From: Takakia lepidozioides
Lineage: Eukaryota; Plantae; Bryophyta
DNA: 64,000 bases
Direction: 5' to 3'
NCBI GenBank assembly: GCA_030704615.1
Contig: CM060733.1
Span: 74,958,001 to 75,022,000 of the forward strand
Below are positions 63,543-64,000 of the stretch, in pieces. The notes under the pieces are model-generated. The model made no database searches and was not told the DNA's origin. It saw nothing but the letters and a program-made list of their open reading frames with translations. A program made the position numbers and the translations under genes. Positions within the stretch are counted from its first letter, which is position 1, and each line of letters starts with the position of its first letter.

Positions 63543-64000
63543 GGATGGAAATCCGGCGCCGAATTTCCATCCAGCACGTAAGTGGAATCCCGGATGGATG
63601 GAAATCCGGCGCCGCATTTCCATCCTGCAGGTAATTGGAATCCCCGATGGATGGAAATCCGGCGCCGAATTTCCATCCTGCAGGTAAGTGCAATCCCGGA
63701 TGGATGGAAATCCGGCGCCGAATTTCCATCCAGCAGGTAAGTGCAATCCCGGATGGATGGAAATCCGGCGCCGAATTTCCATCCAGCAGGTAAGTGCAAT
63801 CCCGGATGGATGGAAATCCGGCGCCGAATTTCCATCCAGCACGTAAGTGGAATCCCGGATGGATGGAAATCCGGCGCAGAATTTCCATCCAGCACGTAAG
63901 TGGAATCCCGGATGGATGGAAATCCGGCGCCGCATTTCCATCCTGCAGGTAATTCGAATCCCCGATGGATGGAAATCCAGCGCCGAATTTCCATCCTGCA
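63543..64000. repeat. 53-bp tandem repeat built on GGATGGAAATCCGGCGCCGAATTTCCATCC
   Basis: About 8-9 copies seen directly. Confidence 0.92.

Larger units (their letters stand above)
60243..64000 (-). mobile_element. Second family-1 copy: truncated transposase plus central palindrome arrays, running off the window
   Basis: Highly similar to the reverse complement of 32375-35470, and colinear with 10649-11340 from about 63000. Confidence 0.85.

Overview
Eukaryotic, TE-dense land-plant DNA. PLS-type PPR relics and the TE types point to a non-seed plant, which is an inference. There is one clearly intact host gene: an 11-exon PEPCK-like gene at 50623-55649. The rest is nested transposons: a CACTA end and TnpD, a hAT element, Ty3/Gypsy elements, an RLE-type LINE fragment, a tRNA-derived SINE and a piggyBac-like TTAA element. 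The main discovery is a large (about 11-14 kb) two-gene Mutator-like transposon architecture, present as two divergent families. Each pairs a GCM-like Zn/MULE-DDE/SWIM transposase with a divergently transcribed, intron-containing gene that fuses a ParB/Srx-like domain to a beta-class amino-DNA-methyltransferase-like domain. Each family carries arrays of its own 22-30 bp palindrome with a shared CGGYRCCG core, reminiscent of parS sites, including copies in the same homologous intron. Target-site duplications found in inverted orientation show that family 1 inserted into family 2 and family 2 into a Gypsy pol. They also show that a 13-14 kb inversion (about 10.5-23.8 kb), bounded by a 453-bp inverted duplication, later split both elements. 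All alignments and domain calls were made by eye; no searches were run.
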